Below are positions 24,978-28,800 of a stretch of DNA of 28,800 bases, in pieces (position 1 is the first letter of the stretch; each line of letters begins with the position of its first letter). The position numbers were made by a program, and so were the translations under genes. Source of the stretch: an uncultured Methanosarcinales archaeon (GTDB taxonomy: Archaea; Nanobdellota; Nanobdellia; Woesearchaeales; CAXGTL01); contig CAZHVK010000003.1 of the NCBI GenBank assembly GCA_964535955.1, positions 124,001 to 152,800 on the forward strand. Direction: 5' to 3'. The notes under the pieces were generated by a model. The model saw only the letters and a program-made list of their open reading frames with translations, was not told the DNA's origin and did no database searches.

Positions 24978-25874
24978 TTAAACAGCTTTTGTCACAATAT
25001 ACTTACATCCTAACTGATTTTGCACAGTATCCTTATCATACGGCCTTAACATTACAAAAGCAGCCCATTCAAAATCTTCTTGTGTAAATTTAGATGCTAC
25101 ATATGTCCAAGTAATACCAATCACTGCTAATGGGATTGTAACCTTTGCACTAACAATTCCCAAAGCAAGAAGAGCAATACTCCCACCTGTTGTTGCTCCC
25201 CCACCACCATAATATTTTATTTTTCTAACAAAATCATTCCATTTATCTTTTCCTTTTACATAAACAAACATAACACTATATTCTTTACTCTTTGAAGTAT
25301 CAATTGTTCCAATAAAATTTTGATTTTCATTATTATATTTTAAAAATTCAGAACCATCTGTTTTAAATCCTGTTAAATATCCATAATATGTTGGTATTTT
25401 CTTGTCTTTGTATTTATAATGCTCACCACTTGGAATCTTTTTTACAGCCAAGTATTCACCAAAGTCATCTATAACTAAATCATCATCTTCAAATGTTATA
25501 TGACTGCAAACACCACAATAAATATTTGGATTTTCAAACAATTCTAAAGTTCCTTCTCCATACTGGTCCCAGCAATCATACATAGATTCAGCAATGATTT
25601 CTTTTGCTTTATCATTTTCTTTTTTTTCAATAGTAATCAGATCTGTTTTACAATTAGGTGGATTTTCCTTTGCATCTATTTTTAATTTTTTAGCTAACTT
25701 AGTTCCAAAATTCCCATAAACACTAGCTTTGCATATCTGTTTATCAGTATTTTCATCAATCTCATTAAATGTATTTGCATAAAAAACACCAAATATAAAC
25801 AACACAATCAACAATATTACCATAGTTATGATTAATTCCATTGACATGCTTTTTTTATTATTCTTAGAAAACAT
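24978..25874 (-). CDS. Class III signal peptide-like protein with conserved Cys domain
   Basis: NNKKS-MSMELIITMVILL; CKASV...C...DCWDQYGEG...YCGVCS; internal hydrophobic Gly-rich segment. Confidence 0.8.
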   Translation of the reverse strand: MFSKNNKKSMSMELIITMVILLIVLFIFGVFYANTFNEIDENTDKQICKASVYGNFGTKLAKKLKIDAKENPPNCKTDLITIEKKENDKAKEIIAESMYDCWDQYGEGTLELFENPNIYCGVCSHITFEDDDLVIDDFGEYLAVKKIPSGEHYKYKDKKIPTYYGYLTGFKTDGSEFLKYNNENQNFIGTIDTSKSKEYSVMFVYVKGKDKWNDFVRKIKYYGGGGATTGGSIALLALGIVSAKVTIPLAVIGITWTYVASKFTQEDFEWAAFVMLRPYDKDTVQNQLGCKYIVTKAV

Positions 25875-26705
25875 TTAATCCACCCATGGTTCCCAAAGAA
25901 GCTGGTCACAGTAATTTCCTGTTTCTCTTCTATCTCTTGTATCTTTTTTATAATTATCATCCATTTTCTGCAATCCTGATTCATGAACAATAAATACATC
26001 TTGGAATTCTTGTTTTTCATATTTATCCTTCGTTTTTTCAGCATCCTTTGGCAAAATTATATCTCCTATTCCTTGTGCTCCTTCAACAATCCAAGACAAT
26101 GCTTTTCTTCTAAACACTACTATATAATTATTTTCATTATTTTCACTAGATTTTTCTATTTTTTGTATTGTTTTTCCATCTTTTCCAAATACACCTGAAA
26201 ATGAGGAATATGTTTCATATTTTAAATATTCATTAAGTTTTTTCTTAGGATTATGTTTTGAATCTCTGAATTCTAATCTACTATTTAATTCAGTCAATTC
26301 AATATTATTATTAAGTGTAAATTCAGAACACACAATACAATAGGTTTGATGAGCAGCTTCAGAACCGTGTACTTTAAAATCACCAGCACCCATCTTATAC
26401 CAGCAATCATCTAATTGTTTTAGAATAGAATCAATATTATTTCCTGTTGTATCTTTTGCCTCTGCTTTGTAAGCAATAGCAGGGCATTGTATAGTTGTTT
26501 CATCTATTATTGATTTACCTATATTCTCAACTTCAGAATTAATCATCACACTAAACCTGCATGTATCAATATCAGCTCTTTTTCTTGTCAAGTTAGCAAA
26601 CCTGACTCCAGCATATATCAATATTCCGCCTGCGATCAATGCAATTATCAATATGATTAACACAGACATTGCCATTGTTTTTTTATTAAATGTTTTTTTA
26701 ATCAT
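25875..26705 (-). CDS. Class III signal peptide-like protein, paralog of adjacent 298-aa gene
   Basis: FNKKT-MAMSVLIILIIAL; CRFSV...C...DCWYKMGAG...YCIVCS. Confidence 0.8.
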   Translation of the reverse strand: MIKKTFNKKTMAMSVLIILIIALIAGGILIYAGVRFANLTRKRADIDTCRFSVMINSEVENIGKSIIDETTIQCPAIAYKAEAKDTTGNNIDSILKQLDDCWYKMGAGDFKVHGSEAAHQTYCIVCSEFTLNNNIELTELNSRLEFRDSKHNPKKKLNEYLKYETYSSFSGVFGKDGKTIQKIEKSSENNENNYIVVFRRKALSWIVEGAQGIGDIILPKDAEKTKDKYEKQEFQDVFIVHESGLQKMDDNYKKDTRDRRETGNYCDQLLWEPWVD

Positions 26706-26709
26706 CTTT

Positions 26710-26832
26710 TTATACAAACAATTTATTTTTCAAAGCAATAAACAAACCTATCAAAACAGCAAAAATAAACAGAATCAATATTATCCTAACCAATACTTTT
26801 GGTGTAGGATATTTATACCCTCTTTTATTCAT
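26710..26832 (-). CDS. Minimal pilin-like peptide, 40 aa
   Basis: Manual translation MNKRG-YKYPTPKVLVRIILILFIFAVLIGLFIALKNKLFV; TATA tracts upstream; stops 4 nt before the next start. Confidence 0.7.
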   Translation of the reverse strand: MNKRGYKYPTPKVLVRIILILFIFAVLIGLFIALKNKLFV

Positions 26833-26942
26833 AGATTTATACATATATATAGATTAGAATTATGGTATATATAAATCTTTTGTAGAAAGATTTATGCTTA
26901 AAAATTCTCAGAATTTTTATTGTATAAAGTTAGTGGTGAATT

Positions 26943-27293
26943 TTAATCACAACAAGATAATCCTACTCTGCATTTCCTATCTTTATTACCAGTTATTGGT
27001 TGAGATTTTTTCTTTTCTTGCAATATACATTTTTTTCTACATGTTCCCTTATTTGTTGAAATATCTCCACTTTCAGTTGTATAATCACAACCCTCAATAT
27101 TTTCACCAATAGTACCAAACCCGAACTGTTCAGTATCACCAACATCTTCAGCCTGTTCTCCCCACAGACCCAACTTATTAGCAAAAACAGCAATAAGAAC
27201 AACCAAAACAACCAAAGCTAACACAGCTATTATTATTGTTCTGATTGACATACCTTGTGCTTTTTTATTAAAAAGATTTATCATTTTCATCAA
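26943..27293 (-). CDS. Small pilin-like protein with six-Cys head
   Basis: FNKKA-QGMSIRTIIIAVLALVVLVV; ends in SCCD; ATGA overlap with upstream paralog. Confidence 0.85.
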   Translation of the reverse strand: MMKMINLFNKKAQGMSIRTIIIAVLALVVLVVLIAVFANKLGLWGEQAEDVGDTEQFGFGTIGENIEGCDYTTESGDISTNKGTCRKKCILQEKKKSQPITGNKDRKCRVGLSCCD

Positions 27294-27586
27294 ATATTTT
27301 CGTTTTTCTGTTCACCAACAGGAATACAACATATAGGTCTGTCTTCTCCAGAATCTTTTTCACATGAAGTCTTTGTTAATACAGAATTAAGTGCACCTTT
27401 TTGTTTACATTCTAAAATATTAGCAACACAAGTACCACCTTTTTCAGTACAATCTTCTATTTTTTCACTCCATGGACCAATTTTTCCAACAAATACAGCA
27501 ATTAACACAACCAATACAACCAAAGCAATAGCAGCTATGATTATAGTTGTAACAGAAATTCCTTGAGCTTTTTTATGTTTAAACAT
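27290..27586 (-). CDS. Small pilin-like protein with six-Cys head
   Basis: MFKHKKA-QGISVTTIIIAAIALVVLVV; GAGGTGA SD; CTEKGGTC...ICC. Confidence 0.85.
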   Translation of the reverse strand: MFKHKKAQGISVTTIIIAAIALVVLVVLIAVFVGKIGPWSEKIEDCTEKGGTCVANILECKQKGALNSVLTKTSCEKDSGEDRPICCIPVGEQKNENI

Positions 27587-27670
27587 GATAATATCACCTC
27601 TGATATGTACATTAATATTATATCTATATATAAATATTACTATTTTATAAACGTTTCTATAGATTCAATC

Positions 27671-28780
27671 TTAAGGAAGCCATGATTTAGGATTTTTCAG
27701 CTTTTCAGGAAGATAGTTAGTTATTACATAATTTAATCCATGCTTGGAAAGACTTTGCTGTTCGCACCTTACTTTCATTTGTCCCATAAGTTTCAAAGCT
27801 TTTTGCCATTCTTTATGATGATGAATAAAAGGATCATTCTTAAGTAGGTCTTTTATTTTTTTAACATCTACTTCTTTTAAAGGATGTGTAGGAAGTTTAT
27901 AATCAATTATATCTTTAGGAGTTATTCCTATAAATTTTGCTTTTGGAACACAGAAGAATTCATTAATATGCGCAGCATTTCCAGAACCAACTTTTAATGT
28001 TCTATATATTGAACCAAATCCATAAGGGTCTCCATCTGTAAATACATAAACAGGTATTTTACACATATCACTTAGTCTTCTGATAAATCTTCTGCATGCT
28101 CTTGTAGGAACACCACCCATTGAAATTAGTATACAGTTTGCTTTTTTATAATAACCATGTTTAACCAATCTTTGAAACATACCAGCTGTTTCAATTGCTA
28201 GGACAAATTTAGCTTTTGTTTTGAATTTAAGATGTTCAACAGAACTAGGTAGAGAGTATGCACCAGAACCAAATTTAGTGCAATCAATTTTTAGTTGTTT
28301 TTTCGTGATAGGGTCTGCATCAATTACTACTAACGCACCTGCAACATCGCCACCTTTTTGTTCAGGTATAAAACCAATCTGTTCTCTATTGACCATCATC
28401 ATTGCTTCAATATCATCCATAACAGTAAATGCTTCTGATTCTTCTTTAAACCTAGCTTCTCCCCAATTTTTAGAGACATAATAAGCTTCTCTTTTTGTAG
28501 CAATATCATCTTTTTCAACCAAACTTTTTGATAAACCCATTAACCTAAGAGTTTGTGCAAATGTTTTTACAGTTGTTGCAGTCAATGCTCGTTCTTTCAT
28601 CTTACCAAGTAATTCAAAATAACCTTGTTTAGGATCATACTTAACATTTGATAATGATCTTAATGGACTTTTTAGAACAGGAGATTTTTTTTTCATGATT
28701 TTATTATAAACATTATTAGCAATCTTTTTTATTTCTTTTACAACATTCACATTTGATTTTTTCTTATCTTTTTTACTCAT
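27671..28780 (-). CDS. top6A: DNA topoisomerase VI subunit A
   Basis: TKREAYY catalytic Tyr, LAIETAGMFQRL, GGVP, FTDGDPYG Toprim motif. Confidence 0.97.
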   Translation of the reverse strand: MSKKDKKKSNVNVVKEIKKIANNVYNKIMKKKSPVLKSPLRSLSNVKYDPKQGYFELLGKMKERALTATTVKTFAQTLRLMGLSKSLVEKDDIATKREAYYVSKNWGEARFKEESEAFTVMDDIEAMMMVNREQIGFIPEQKGGDVAGALVVIDADPITKKQLKIDCTKFGSGAYSLPSSVEHLKFKTKAKFVLAIETAGMFQRLVKHGYYKKANCILISMGGVPTRACRRFIRRLSDMCKIPVYVFTDGDPYGFGSIYRTLKVGSGNAAHINEFFCVPKAKFIGITPKDIIDYKLPTHPLKEVDVKKIKDLLKNDPFIHHHKEWQKALKLMGQMKVRCEQQSLSKHGLNYVITNYLPEKLKNPKSWLP

Positions 28781-28800
28781 CCTTTTCTACCTTTTTTCTT

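Noticed and set aside
1..28800. CRISPR array, tRNA/rRNA, transposase or integrase
   Set aside because: No regularly spaced repeats, cloverleaf, rRNA-like GC-rich tract or recombinase motifs were seen by eye.
28777..28800. 3' end of top6B
   Set aside because: A frame ending KKKGRKG-stop overlaps the top6A ATG, which fits, but 24 nt is too little to call.

Overview
AT-rich archaeal chromosomal window. RadA, RPA, topoisomerase VI A, a presenilin-family protease, TATA-type promoters and AGGTGA Shine-Dalgarno sites, together with a long array of class III signal peptide genes, point to a DPANN archaeon, probably Woesearchaeota-like (inference). The left part (1-9.3 kb) has an AbrB/PhoU regulator divergent from a + strand run: RHH protein, three unannotated small ORFs, a tandem metallophosphoesterase, a secreted trypsin-like protease, a PD-(D/E)XK protein and a LonC-type protease preceded by a highly structured leader. 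The middle (9.3-14 kb) holds presenilin, radA, a putative ssDNA-binding protein, a YdjM-type hydrolase and RPA, with palindrome-rich intergenic DNA. The right part (14.1-27.6 kb) has 14 co-oriented pilin-like genes, two of them missed by the ORF track. Their payloads include a catalytically degenerate M23/LytM domain, beta-defensin-like six-Cys heads, TSP3-like Ca-binding motifs and a TPR-like domain. Two opposite-strand secreted genes interrupt the array, one a lipase-TPR fusion. The top candidates for novelty are (i) a two-copy ~113-nt structured non-coding element with clear compensatory covariation, each copy next to a pilin-gene promoter, and (ii) the pilin-payload locus as a possible bacteria-contact apparatus.
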